A DNA stretch of 41,784 nt from Candidatus Woesearchaeota archaeon (GTDB taxonomy: Archaea; Nanobdellota; Nanobdellia; Woesearchaeales; GW2011-AR9): NCBI GenBank assembly GCA_013331555.1, contig DUGB01000134.1:244-42027 (forward strand), written 5' to 3'. The notes under the pieces are model-generated. The model saw nothing but the letters and a program-made list of their open reading frames with translations. It did not search any database and was not told where the DNA came from. Shown piece by piece: positions 17,536 through 27,028 of this stretch. The translations under genes were made by a program, and so were the position numbers. Position 1 is the stretch's first letter, and each line of letters opens with the position of its first letter.

Positions 17536-18243
17536 CTAAATTTTTTTACTATCAAAACTTATTATATCTATTGTATCACTTTGTTTACATTTAAAATTAA
17601 CTGCCTCTTTCTTTGAAGCAAAAATTTTCAAATCATCAGGAATATTATTACTCTGCTTCTTAGTTTTGAAAGCTACTAAAGGGGTATGAACTTCAGACAA
17701 AAAATTGGATAAGAATCTTAAAATGAAATATATTTGTAATTCATATATATCAATATCATATTTTTCTCCAATATCTTTATGTCTTTCAATATCCAAAAAT
17801 AAAACTCTTCTCTTATTAGGAAATTCTATTTGTGTTTTTTTTACCAAATTAAATAAAATCTTAGCAGATTCTTCAAAACTTTCAGGTTCATAAATATTGT
17901 GATAAATGGCAATGGGTTTATCAATTAACATTTCTTTATAGTTTGTATTTTCCTCGAAAATTAGTTCATCAAAGTTTTGATATTTCTTTGTTTCTTCTTT
18001 TGCTTTAGCAACAATTTCCCACCAATAATCTCTCATTTGCCTTATTTTTTTTCTTAATTCTGGATTCCCTCCATAGAGATAGTGGCAATCAGCTGTAAGC
18101 GGAGCTGCATTATCTAACGTGTCAGGTCCATTCTCACTTTCTGGGATTATATGGTGTACTTCAACAAATACTTTATAGCAAATACAACAACGAAAATGTG
18201 ATCTTTTATTAGCCTCAAGTTTTATTCTCTCGGAAAAAGTCAT
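17536..18243 (-). CDS. HNH endonuclease domain protein
   Basis: RCCIC....VEVHHIIP...G.DTLDNA.PL...CH; visibly AT-rich. Confidence 0.85.
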   Translation of the reverse strand: MTFSERIKLEANKRSHFRCCICYKVFVEVHHIIPESENGPDTLDNAAPLTADCHYLYGGNPELRKKIRQMRDYWWEIVAKAKEETKKYQNFDELIFEENTNYKEMLIDKPIAIYHNIYEPESFEESAKILFNLVKKTQIEFPNKRRVLFLDIERHKDIGEKYDIDIYELQIYFILRFLSNFLSEVHTPLVAFKTKKQSNNIPDDLKIFASKKEAVNFKCKQSDTIDIISFDSKKI

Positions 18244-18443
18244 TAATATTATCAGAATGATTGGTTGTTTATATTTTTTGGTGTTCTTTGGGTTATTCCA
18301 GATATTTTTGTAATGGGTTGAACAGCTACATTCTGCTTACATCATAATTTTGAATTTTAGTGGATATCCTATTAAATCTCTTCTTTAAATCTGATACCGA
18401 AACTAATTTACATTTTTGATAACATCCGTATAGAAGATAAACC

Positions 18444-19430
18444 CTAGTTCTGCAAAATAAACTGCTGAAGTGAAGGAAGATACCAATAAACGTCTCCATC
18501 GGTGAAAGAAACAGTAAATACCTGCATTTCAATAAGTGCAAGAGCGTGAATCTTGACATCACTTTGCAACTCCCGTGATTGTAATTCTTTCATCTGATGA
18601 TCAAAAAGTTCTTTGATCTCCTGCCGTTTTTCTTTATTTTTTTCAATGAGTTCTTCTCCTTTCTTTTTGAGGAGTTTGATTTCATAGTTATATTTGTCGC
18701 GAAGGCTGAATGAAGAGGCGTTCATTGATTTGTCTTGAATTTCTCTGATCTTCGTATTGATCTTTTCTTCCTGCTGTTTCAATTCAGCGTATTGATTTTC
18801 AGCATGACCACGCTGAATTTCAACTAGGTCGTTCATGTCTTGTTCATGTTCTTTTTCAGCAAGAGTAAGATCTTTCTGTAATTCTTTCTGAAGAAATGTA
18901 GTGAACAGAGGAGTAATCTTCTCATCAAAATTAATAGGAGTTTGGCTTTTGAGGAAGGTTGCTTTCATCAAAGATTCAGCAGAGATGACGTTATTGTTAA
19001 GAATTAGCTGCGGTATAACCCAGCGGTATTTATGGTTAGCAGTTGTTATAATCACTTCCGGAAGGACAAAATGTCCTTTTGCTTTGATCTCTTCAATAGT
19101 ATAACGACAGGTTTTATGAAGTTCGGACAGTTTTTCATTGACATCAAGCAGGTCTCTTTTGTTTACGGGAATGCTAAATGAACCGATAGCAGTTATGTCG
19201 GCATACCGTGCGACCATACTGTCAAAAATAAAATTACCGGGCTGAAGATGTTCAATTTTTTCTTTGGCAGCAATAATTGGATCAAAAGTGCAAACTAAAT
19301 TAGAGCGATTATACCATTTCTGGTGGGTTTTGTCAAGTTTGATAGAATATATTTTATTCTTTACTTTGTACTCGAGCTTATGCTCTTCAAAGTATAGTTG
19401 TACATATAATTCGCTACGTTCTGGGTTCAT
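18444..19430 (-). CDS. Hypothetical coiled-coil partner of the SNF2 helicase (YqhG-like position)
   Basis: Overlaps the helicase 3' end; C-terminal coiled coil; family assignment rests on context and loose resemblance. Confidence 0.65.
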   Translation of the reverse strand: MNPERSELYVQLYFEEHKLEYKVKNKIYSIKLDKTHQKWYNRSNLVCTFDPIIAAKEKIEHLQPGNFIFDSMVARYADITAIGSFSIPVNKRDLLDVNEKLSELHKTCRYTIEEIKAKGHFVLPEVIITTANHKYRWVIPQLILNNNVISAESLMKATFLKSQTPINFDEKITPLFTTFLQKELQKDLTLAEKEHEQDMNDLVEIQRGHAENQYAELKQQEEKINTKIREIQDKSMNASSFSLRDKYNYEIKLLKKKGEELIEKNKEKRQEIKELFDHQMKELQSRELQSDVKIHALALIEMQVFTVSFTDGDVYWYLPSLQQFILQN

Positions 19431-21198
19431 GGATCATTCCACTAAAAATGGTTTCATCAAATTTCTTTATTTCTTCGACTTTTTCTTTTGCTTGAGATAA
19501 ATCTTGGGCAATAATATCATCATTTTTGAGATATGATTCAAAGATTGATTTTTCAATACTGCCTTTCGTGGTAAGTTCGCTGAGAATCATGTCCATCTCT
19601 CCAATAGACACGGTAAACAAATTAATTTTTTCATACAAACGATTAAGGATATAGGCCTCAATAGTGTCTTTGATGGCAATGTTATGAATTTCAACATCCT
19701 GTTTCTGGCCGATACGATGAACACGGCCGATGCGCTGTTCTAGACGCATGGGATTCCAAGGAAGATCAAAGTTGATCAGAATATGGGCAAACTGAAGGTT
19801 TCGACCTTCTGAACCAGCATCGGTGCAGATAAGAACTTGAGCATCACTCTTGAACTGTTGAATGGCTGCTTCTTTTTCTTCCGGGGTCATCACACCGTTG
19901 AAAATGACTGTTTTAAAGCCATTCATTTTTAATTCTAGATCGATTATCTTTTGTGATTGGATGAACGTGGTAAAGATGATGACTTTTTCTTTTTCATTTT
20001 TGAGAAGTTTCGTAAGATAATCTAATTTACGGTCACGAGAAATACGCTGAGCACGCAGGAGGAGGGCTTCCAGAGATGTGACTTTTTTAGGATCATCCAA
20101 TGTTTCCTTGTAGCGTTGCAAGGCATGGATTCCGGCTTGAAGTGAGCTCGTTATCTGACGAGTCAGCATGATCAAAGCGAAAGTAAGAAGTCCTTTTTGA
20201 CGATAGCGAGATGCCATGACGTGAAGTTCTTCTTCACTGAGTGATTCGAGTTCTTCTGTTTCTTCTGTTGAGATATCTTTTTCAATTTTTTTGATTTCCT
20301 CATACTGTTTGCGGACAAAGGCAATGGCTTCAGTGTAGAAATCCATTTCTTCTTTTGAATAATCCAAAAGATGGGTTTTAACGTGACGCTCGGCAAATTT
20401 AATCCCCGTATCACGCCGAAGATTGCGAATCATAATTTTAGAAAGCTTTTCTTGAAGTTCGATAGAATTCTTAACTTTCAAACCGTCTTTATCTTGAACA
20501 TATTGACTGGTGAATTTCGCTTTCGTTTCTAAAAAACCAGGGTGAAGCAAGTCGAGAAGCGCCCAGAGTTCAAAGATGTTATTCTGAAGCGGTGTAGCGG
20601 TAAGCATCAGACAACGTTCTTTTTCAATGTCTTTGACAAGTTTATAATTTAATGTAGTGCTGTTCTTGAGCTTGTGAGCTTCATCAACAACAATTAAATC
20701 CCATTTTATGCTGGTGAGAACTTTTTTGTGACGTTCTGTCTTGGCAGTGTCAATGGATGCAATAATACGATTTGTTTCTTTGTAGGTTGAAGGATCATCA
20801 GCAATGACAAAGTGTTCATTAAATTTTGAGCGTAATTCTTCCTGCCATTGAAATTTTAAAGTGGCTGGCGTGAGAATGAGAATTTTATCCGCTAATTTTC
20901 GGGCAATGTATTCTTTGATGATGATGCCTGCTTCGATTGTTTTTCCCAGTCCGACTTCATCAGCAAGAAGTGCGCGATGGGAAAAATTGTTAAGGACATG
21001 AAGAGCAGTTCTGGTCTGATGCTCCATAATCTCAATTTTATCAGCGTACGTGCTTCTGGCGATAAGCTCATTGACTGTTTCGACAGAGGCAATTTGTTTG
21101 GCTAACACGGCGAGTTTAAAAACGGTCGGTGAAGCATAGTCTTTTTCTTTGAGAGCATGCTCTAGAAAAGGGATTTTTTTGATATTGAGTGAAACCAT
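19414..21198 (-). CDS. SNF2/RapA-like SF2 helicase (YqhH-like)
   Basis: LLADEVGLGKT, VVDEAH, LTATPLQN, EGRNLQ, FDLPWNP.RLEQRIGRVHRIGQ. Confidence 0.93.
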   Translation of the reverse strand: MVSLNIKKIPFLEHALKEKDYASPTVFKLAVLAKQIASVETVNELIARSTYADKIEIMEHQTRTALHVLNNFSHRALLADEVGLGKTIEAGIIIKEYIARKLADKILILTPATLKFQWQEELRSKFNEHFVIADDPSTYKETNRIIASIDTAKTERHKKVLTSIKWDLIVVDEAHKLKNSTTLNYKLVKDIEKERCLMLTATPLQNNIFELWALLDLLHPGFLETKAKFTSQYVQDKDGLKVKNSIELQEKLSKIMIRNLRRDTGIKFAERHVKTHLLDYSKEEMDFYTEAIAFVRKQYEEIKKIEKDISTEETEELESLSEEELHVMASRYRQKGLLTFALIMLTRQITSSLQAGIHALQRYKETLDDPKKVTSLEALLLRAQRISRDRKLDYLTKLLKNEKEKVIIFTTFIQSQKIIDLELKMNGFKTVIFNGVMTPEEKEAAIQQFKSDAQVLICTDAGSEGRNLQFAHILINFDLPWNPMRLEQRIGRVHRIGQKQDVEIHNIAIKDTIEAYILNRLYEKINLFTVSIGEMDMILSELTTKGSIEKSIFESYLKNDDIIAQDLSQAKEKVEEIKKFDETIFSGMIHEPRT

Positions 21199-21295
21199 GG
21201 AAAACCAACTGAGAAAATGAATATTACTACCTCTCTTTTTCTCTTTATATACCTTTCGGCAAAGCTATAAAAATGATGTTTTCTTTGACATTATT

Positions 21296-21445
21296 ATGGA
21301 TAATTTAGAGGGTTTAGATCCAAAGAAAATAATCAAACCTTGCTGTCAAAGCTATCTCACCACGAAAGGACGCTGTTATGATTGTACAGAGCAGTGGCAG
21401 GATGATGATTCCGATGATAATGACATAGATGGGGAAGAGGAGTGA
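21296..21445 (+). CDS. Small 4-Cys protein with acidic tail, missing from ORF track
   Basis: 49 aa: MDNLEGLDPKKIIKPCCQSYLTTKGRCYDCTEQWQDDDSDDNDIDGEEE; CTATAAAA box about 25 nt upstream. Confidence 0.65.
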   Translation: MDNLEGLDPKKIIKPCCQSYLTTKGRCYDCTEQWQDDDSDDNDIDGEEE

Positions 21446-21484
21446 GATTTTTGAATGAGAACATTTTAATATTACCACCAGTAA

Positions 21485-22318
21485 ATGGTACTTATGTCCC
21501 CACAGAAACCAACTTCTGTTCCTTTAGAGGAGCTTGCTAAGAAATCAAAATTAGTCTTCGTAGATAATAATATTTTCTTTCAGGATAGAAATAAAGGGCG
21601 AGAAGGAGTGTATCTTAATTTGGGTGACCAGGTAAAGAAAGCTAAATCTTTTTACGACATCCGTCAGAGTGACATTGACCGCCATCTTGCTCGAATGCTT
21701 CATTTAGTTGATGTTTGTGAGCGCTATTCTCAGATTGTTACGGTTGATGAGATTTTATATGAATATGATGAATCTAGAGACTTTTTAGGACGAACATTTG
21801 ACCGTTTGAAACAAAGGCATCATGATAAACGCTATTATGGGACGGTTCAAGAACTCTTAAAAATATGTGGATTGCATCGAGATTTATATAATTTACTTCA
21901 ATTAAGAACAGCTAACCGACAGAGTGCTGAACCATTAGTGAGAGCTTTGTTACGAACGGATCTACACAAACCAAAAGATGGGCGATTTATGAAAGTTGGT
22001 AATGGTATACCAAAAGATAATGTGACCTACCAGCGCGATATCACACTTGTTGCGAATGCTATCCAAGCAGCAGTAGAGGAAGAAGGTTCTATTGCTATTC
22101 TAAGTGATGATTGTGATATTTTTAATTTGGTGAGGAACATTGGAGAAAAGTACCGAGATAATAGTCCTATAAGTCCAGAATGCAGCACCAAATTAAAAAG
22201 AAGTGTCACTGCTTATAGTACAGATGTTAATCTTTGGCATCCTGGTTTGATGATTGTTCACGTGACAGATACTGAAATGAACATGCGTCTACGATACAGA
22301 AAAAGAGAGAGAAGATAA
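21485..22318 (+). CDS. Hypothetical protein, possible PIN-like fold
   Basis: LVFVDNN near the N-terminus, E in TVDEILYE, RD..L, and ILSDD.DI match PIN acidic spacing. Confidence 0.55.
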   Translation: MVLMSPQKPTSVPLEELAKKSKLVFVDNNIFFQDRNKGREGVYLNLGDQVKKAKSFYDIRQSDIDRHLARMLHLVDVCERYSQIVTVDEILYEYDESRDFLGRTFDRLKQRHHDKRYYGTVQELLKICGLHRDLYNLLQLRTANRQSAEPLVRALLRTDLHKPKDGRFMKVGNGIPKDNVTYQRDITLVANAIQAAVEEEGSIAILSDDCDIFNLVRNIGEKYRDNSPISPECSTKLKRSVTAYSTDVNLWHPGLMIVHVTDTEMNMRLRYRKRERR

Positions 22319-22909
22319 GATTTCTTGTGCTTTCTGAGGATCAATTTTCTTGATCGTACTAAAATATTTTTCTCCTAGTTGAATGCTCATTTCACAATCA
22401 GAACGGCAAGGAAAGTGTGATACCAAGCAATAATCATTCTCACGTTGAGAGAGATTAGTGTAGGGATTGGTGGGAACCAATTCTAAATTCGTTTTTCTAC
22501 TTGTAAAATTTTGTACAAAGAATTGAACACAGCAAGCGGGATAGCCTAATAATAATCCTAAGTCTTGATGGTTTTCAATGAGTTCATAGTAGTGGGCAAG
22601 AAGTACTTTCTCTTCATCTTTAGAAATGTAAACAAAAAACATTCCTGAACGAGGATCAGCGACTGAAAGGCGAAGGCCTTTGTTGGTAAACTCTGTTTCA
22701 TCAGCAAGCAGAACTTTAAAACGGGAAACTTCAATGAATAGATTCTGTTGCTGACAGAATTTTTGAATTTTAGGTAGTTCGTGCTCGTAAAATCCCTGCC
22801 TGACAACCATTTTGGCATCATGAAGAAGCAAGAGAATCTCTTGTACTTTCATTGTGGAACCAAAAAGGGGAAGAAGAGACTGAAACATAGGATTGTTGAA
22901 ATAGATCAC
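22289..22909 (-). CDS. DUF483-like hypothetical protein
   Basis: LG.LLGYP.CCV.FF and HFPC..DC motifs. Confidence 0.65.
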   Translation of the reverse strand: MIYFNNPMFQSLLPLFGSTMKVQEILLLLHDAKMVVRQGFYEHELPKIQKFCQQQNLFIEVSRFKVLLADETEFTNKGLRLSVADPRSGMFFVYISKDEEKVLLAHYYELIENHQDLGLLLGYPACCVQFFVQNFTSRKTNLELVPTNPYTNLSQRENDYCLVSHFPCRSDCEMSIQLGEKYFSTIKKIDPQKAQEILSSLSFSVS

Positions 22910-22919
22910 AACTTTATAT

Positions 22920-23723
22920 TTATACTGCTACTGCAAGTGATTCTTCTCTGCTTAAGAGATTACAATAAATTTCCCAGTGTGTTTTGCCTTGCTGCCAAAG
23001 GTGCTGAATAAACGCAAAGGCTTTATCATGAAGGCCATTCGGTGCAGGATTTTCATTAACAATGACATTTTGCAGACCTGCAATGTTGAGTTCTTGAATT
23101 ATTTTCATCCACACGTACGAGAAAGCATACGCTTTCGCTTCTTCATCATGAGGGTTATCTAAAGTTGGCGTAAGAACGTGGCCTAATTCATGTCCAATGG
23201 TTAGTAAGACTCGTCCTAATGATCCGTTCAGAATAAAAATATCGGAGATAAGCCCTTGTGTGGAGCGATTAATAGACAAACCGATTGTTGAGGGATGGGG
23301 AGCAAGAGTGCGGAATTCTTCAGGAGTACATACAGAAAGACGAATGTCATTAGGAAATGATTGGTGAAAAATAGCTTCAAAGGCCTGTTCAACAAACTCT
23401 TTAATTTCTTCGGCTTTGCCAACAAAAGGTGTTTCTCTTCCTGGTTTAAGGAAAAAGTCTGGTTCAAAGTGGTATTCGCGATGGAATGAAGCAGTGTGAT
23501 AGATTTGAGAAGTGGTTGAATAAGGAATCACTCTTTCTACAGGATGATTATATGTAAAAGAAGTTGGAGAAAGACTAAAACAGGAAGAATAGGTATTCAG
23601 AGAACGTGGTGAAAGGATGTGGTATGATGGACTAGAAGGTTCAGCAATAGCAGCATGAGCGATATATTCTAAGCGGGAAGGAGTATACATTCTTGAACTT
23701 GGGGAGTGAGACGAGGAATACAT
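22920..23723 (-). CDS. Hypothetical protein with HExxH zinc-binding motif
   Basis: TIGHELGH...DEEAKAYAF; low-complexity Ser/Tyr N-terminus. Confidence 0.7.
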   Translation of the reverse strand: MYSSSHSPSSRMYTPSRLEYIAHAAIAEPSSPSYHILSPRSLNTYSSCFSLSPTSFTYNHPVERVIPYSTTSQIYHTASFHREYHFEPDFFLKPGRETPFVGKAEEIKEFVEQAFEAIFHQSFPNDIRLSVCTPEEFRTLAPHPSTIGLSINRSTQGLISDIFILNGSLGRVLLTIGHELGHVLTPTLDNPHDEEAKAYAFSYVWMKIIQELNIAGLQNVIVNENPAPNGLHDKAFAFIQHLWQQGKTHWEIYCNLLSREESLAVAV

Positions 23724-23783
23724 AGTGAAAGGAAGAAGGGAAGACTGAACTTAAAAGTTGTGGTCTAAAGTGGGACAAGAAAG

Positions 23784-24266
23784 TCATGATTCAACAATAA
23801 CTTTCATGGAAACAGTGGTAAAGATGCCGTCAACGATGGTACAAGTCATAGGTTGGGTAAACGTCCATAGGAAAGAGTCTCCAGGTTGAAAGATATGGCT
23901 TTTGACGTTCGCACAGCGCAGGGTTCCAATAATTAATCCTTGTGGATAACGGCTGCCTTGTAAACGTTTGTTTTTCCATTCAACGGCATCGCCAGCTTTA
24001 ATCGTTACTTCTTTTATATCAAAACCGCCGTCAATAAGATTAATGGTATATGTTCTTGTTTTAGGTTCAGAGGGTATGATTTCAACTTCGGGTTCATCCG
24101 CTGGCGGAGAGACAACATCTTCAACAACGGGTGGAACTTGAACTTCTGCTTCAACCGTTGTATTTTCCACGGCAATAGATGGCTGTTCATCGACTGGAGA
24201 GGGGGTACAACCAAGAACCAATACGTTCACAAGAATTATAAACAGGATTTTAGTGATTAGATTCAT
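23784..24266 (-). CDS. Cupredoxin-fold lipoprotein-like protein
   Basis: Signal ending VLGC, Pro/acidic linker, F....VTIKAGD.V.W.N...PGDSF..TF; canonical Cu ligands not evident. Confidence 0.7.
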   Translation of the reverse strand: MNLITKILFIILVNVLVLGCTPSPVDEQPSIAVENTTVEAEVQVPPVVEDVVSPPADEPEVEIIPSEPKTRTYTINLIDGGFDIKEVTIKAGDAVEWKNKRLQGSRYPQGLIIGTLRCANVKSHIFQPGDSFLWTFTQPMTCTIVDGIFTTVSMKVIVES

Positions 24267-24309
24267 AGAGGGTAGATGAAACGGTTGTTATTAAAAACTT
24301 TTTTGTTTT

Positions 24310-24352
24310 TAGTAAACGACATATACTCTTTTGGTGTCGTTTACTATATAGT
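24310..24352. repeat. 12-bp perfect inverted repeat
   Basis: TAGTAAACGACA-N13-TGTCGTTTACTA followed by TATAGT. Confidence 0.75.
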
Positions 24353-24481
24353 GAGCAACAGTTTATCATTTATTTATGTCGCTCACTATTTTAGAGTATT
24401 ACTACTTTCAAATACTAAAATTGGCGAAAGGTTTATATAGAAGAGGGGTTCCTGTTTATCAAACATCTATCACCTCTTTTT

Positions 24482-24519
24482 CCCCAAGCAGACCATTTCG
24501 GTGGTCTGCCAGGGGTTTT
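24482..24519. other. GC-rich hairpin with TTCG loop followed by a T-run
   Basis: CCCC-AA-GCAGACCAT-TTCG-GTGGTCTGC-CA-GGGG-TTTT. Confidence 0.7.
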
Positions 24520-24592
24520 ATATTCATTTTTTCTAAATCAAGAATTATGTCTCTAAAGCTTTATTAAAGCACTCAAAAGACCTTACTTAATT

Positions 24593-25009
24593 ATGTATAG
24601 AAAAAAAGATAATCAAGCTCGGTATGTTCAAACTAGAAAAGATCAAAGTTCTTGCCCTTTTTGTGAGAAAGAATCCGAACTTTTGAAAAGGGAGTTGACT
24701 TATTTTAATATCTGGCTCAATAAGTTTAGTTATGACGTTTGGGACCATTATGAAGTAGACGAGCACCTGATGATTATTCCAAAACGACACTTGAATGATT
24801 TCGCGGAGTTCAGTGAGGAAGAGTCAAGAGAGTATTTTGAGATATTAAAAGAATATAGTAAAAAGGGATATGATAGTTTTACTCGAAATATACACTCAAA
24901 AATTCGCACTAAGAAACATATTCATACACACTTGATTAAAACGAATGATAAACGAATAAAAAAACTAATTTACAGGAGAGAATTGGGATATATTGAAACG
25001 GAATTCTGA
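24593..25009 (+). CDS. HIT-like protein
   Basis: CPFC, HLMIIPKRH, HIHTHLI. Confidence 0.8.
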   Translation: MYRKKDNQARYVQTRKDQSSCPFCEKESELLKRELTYFNIWLNKFSYDVWDHYEVDEHLMIIPKRHLNDFAEFSEEESREYFEILKEYSKKGYDSFTRNIHSKIRTKKHIHTHLIKTNDKRIKKLIYRRELGYIETEF

Positions 25010-25042
25010 TTTGATGATCTTCTGATGTTAATAAAAATATGT

Positions 25043-26833
25043 TTATTTTTTCTTTCTGTGAAAAATACGTCGACCCAAGTAAACAGTTCCAACACCAATA
25101 ATTAATCCACCTACAAATCCGCTTGTAATTAATACCCAGCGTTTGGAAAAGATATTTTCAAGCTGATTTCTAATAACATCGATTGTCGTAACTTCTTCCG
25201 GAAAGTACATTTCAAGATTGCTCATTTCCAACGCGTATTCAAGATATAATAATGCGGTGAATTTATCGTCATCTTGCAAAGAACGAGCATATTGGTAATA
25301 AGAATAACCTAAAATTGGAAAGATCCCTTCAGCAGAGTTTTCAGCGATCATACGTTCAACGGCATTGGATTTGGCAGCGATGTATTCGTCTAGCGCTTCA
25401 TTCACTACACCAAATGAGCTTAAGATGGCATTGGCTTCTGCCTTGGCTTGGGAAGCTTCGATAAGGCAAAGCTGTGATTCGTTGCGCTCAAGAGAGGCGT
25501 GAGCATCATCAATATGATTCCGCAGGTTCTCAATAAGACGCGAACCAACGTACAAGGCAACATAGTTATACCGTTCTTCCGCTTCAGCAAGTTTGAGATC
25601 ACAGGATTGACGAAGGGTTTGCTCATCAAGAATAAAATTTCTTCCGTTCATAGAAAAAAATTCCATCCATGATGCTGCGGAAGAGTAGCGTTCTTCGGCG
25701 TACGCAATGATTGCTGCACGCTCATCATGTGACTCGGTTTCATTTGCTTTTTCAATCTGCTGTTGGACATCATGAAGACGTTCGCGAACAACTAACGATG
25801 CTTGCAAGTCAGAGATTGTTTTAATCTCTTGTTTGGCCATTTTTTGTTGGAGAACACTCATTTTTTTCAATAAAAGACTTTGTTGATTCTCAAGGAAGCG
25901 AGCATGAATCTGAGGCTGGGTGTAAAAGTAGGTGCGAAGCTGGATATTCGCCGTAAAACAATAACTGGCGGCAGCATAGTGGTTGCCCAGTTGAGATGCA
26001 TTTCTGGCGTTTTCTTTTTTATTATTAATCTCTTCTTGAATGGTTTGATTGAGGGTTATTCCCTGTTCATTCATCTCTTGCTCCATTTTTTCTGTGCGGT
26101 CACAGAGCTGGGTTTGAAGCTTTTCCATGATTTTTTCGTATTCCTGATCTTTTTCCAGAACAACCGTAGGGTGAGAATAATTTTTTCCAGTGAGAATGGA
26201 AACGATTTCACCAAGATCGATTACTTCTTGGACAGTTATACTTAAATTTTGAAGAGCATAGGTTGATAGATTAAATAATTGAGTGGTATTGGTTTCATTT
26301 TCTGGCGATCCTTCTTTTTGAAGTGAACTGCCTTTGGAGATAAGAACGGTTTTGACTCCAGCTTTAGCCGCAGCATCAATTTTCTCTTTAACGCCCCCGA
26401 CTGGTCCAATGATACCACCGGAATTGATTGTGCCCGTAATCGCAACTTTGGGATCATAGGAAATATCCATCACGACAATGGCAGTAAGTGCGGCAATAGC
26501 AGCACTGGCACTGGGACCACCGATAATATCTGACTGTGCTTTAATGGTATAAATGTAATCGTAGCGATCACAGTCAAGATCAAAATAGTCACAGGCAATT
26601 TCTTTTGCAAAACGAGTGGAGATTTGAGTGTCAGTTTTAGTGGAAGGATATGTTTCCAGAAATACACGGCCAGACCCTTCTTTCAGTTCAAGAAAGAGAT
26701 CCGCAGGGCTGCCGATGTATCCTTCTGGTGTTTCTTGCACTGCCATAATGGTAAGATGATATGGTGTGCCGGTTTGGGCTACAGTCAGAAGCGGGGTCAA
26801 AAATAAGACTAGGAAGAGAATAATAAGGCGCAT
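25043..26833 (-). CDS. Archaeal secreted S16 (Lon-like) serine protease with C-terminal TM anchor
   Basis: Signal peptide; IGGPSASAA, ITGTIN.GG.IGPVGGVKEK Ser-Lys dyad. Confidence 0.88.
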   Translation of the reverse strand: MRLIILFLVLFLTPLLTVAQTGTPYHLTIMAVQETPEGYIGSPADLFLELKEGSGRVFLETYPSTKTDTQISTRFAKEIACDYFDLDCDRYDYIYTIKAQSDIIGGPSASAAIAALTAIVVMDISYDPKVAITGTINSGGIIGPVGGVKEKIDAAAKAGVKTVLISKGSSLQKEGSPENETNTTQLFNLSTYALQNLSITVQEVIDLGEIVSILTGKNYSHPTVVLEKDQEYEKIMEKLQTQLCDRTEKMEQEMNEQGITLNQTIQEEINNKKENARNASQLGNHYAAASYCFTANIQLRTYFYTQPQIHARFLENQQSLLLKKMSVLQQKMAKQEIKTISDLQASLVVRERLHDVQQQIEKANETESHDERAAIIAYAEERYSSAASWMEFFSMNGRNFILDEQTLRQSCDLKLAEAEERYNYVALYVGSRLIENLRNHIDDAHASLERNESQLCLIEASQAKAEANAILSSFGVVNEALDEYIAAKSNAVERMIAENSAEGIFPILGYSYYQYARSLQDDDKFTALLYLEYALEMSNLEMYFPEEVTTIDVIRNQLENIFSKRWVLITSGFVGGLIIGVGTVYLGRRIFHRKKK

Positions 26834-26900
26834 AGGAAAAGTACAAAGAGAGGTGAGTTATAAAATTTGCCTTTTCTACTGACATTTACTTTTTTCCATA

Positions 26901-26996
26901 TATACTAACGAACAGAAATAAATGATCAAAATGTTCTGTCCGTTATATATACAAAGGACACAAATATTTGATTGTTTGGTTGTGTCCTTTGGTATA
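26901..26996. repeat. Two tandem TATA-flanked palindromic elements
   Basis: TATAC-TAACGAACAGAA-N16-TTCTGTCCGTTA-TATATA and TATAC-AAAGGACACAA-N16-TTGTGTCCTTT-GGTATA, sharing one TATA (26948-26951). Confidence 0.75.
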
Positions 26997-27028
26997 TTTT
27001 AAATAATACGTTTTACTTTTATGTTAAT

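Noticed and set aside
18326..18562. 78-aa minus-strand ORF between HNH and the helicase partner
   Set aside because: Half overlaps the upstream gene out of frame; the rest might be a gene remnant but nothing is recognisable.
24376..24567. 63-aa plus-strand ORF
   Set aside because: Crosses the TATA-like box and GC hairpin with no SD or motif; the non-coding structure explains the region better.
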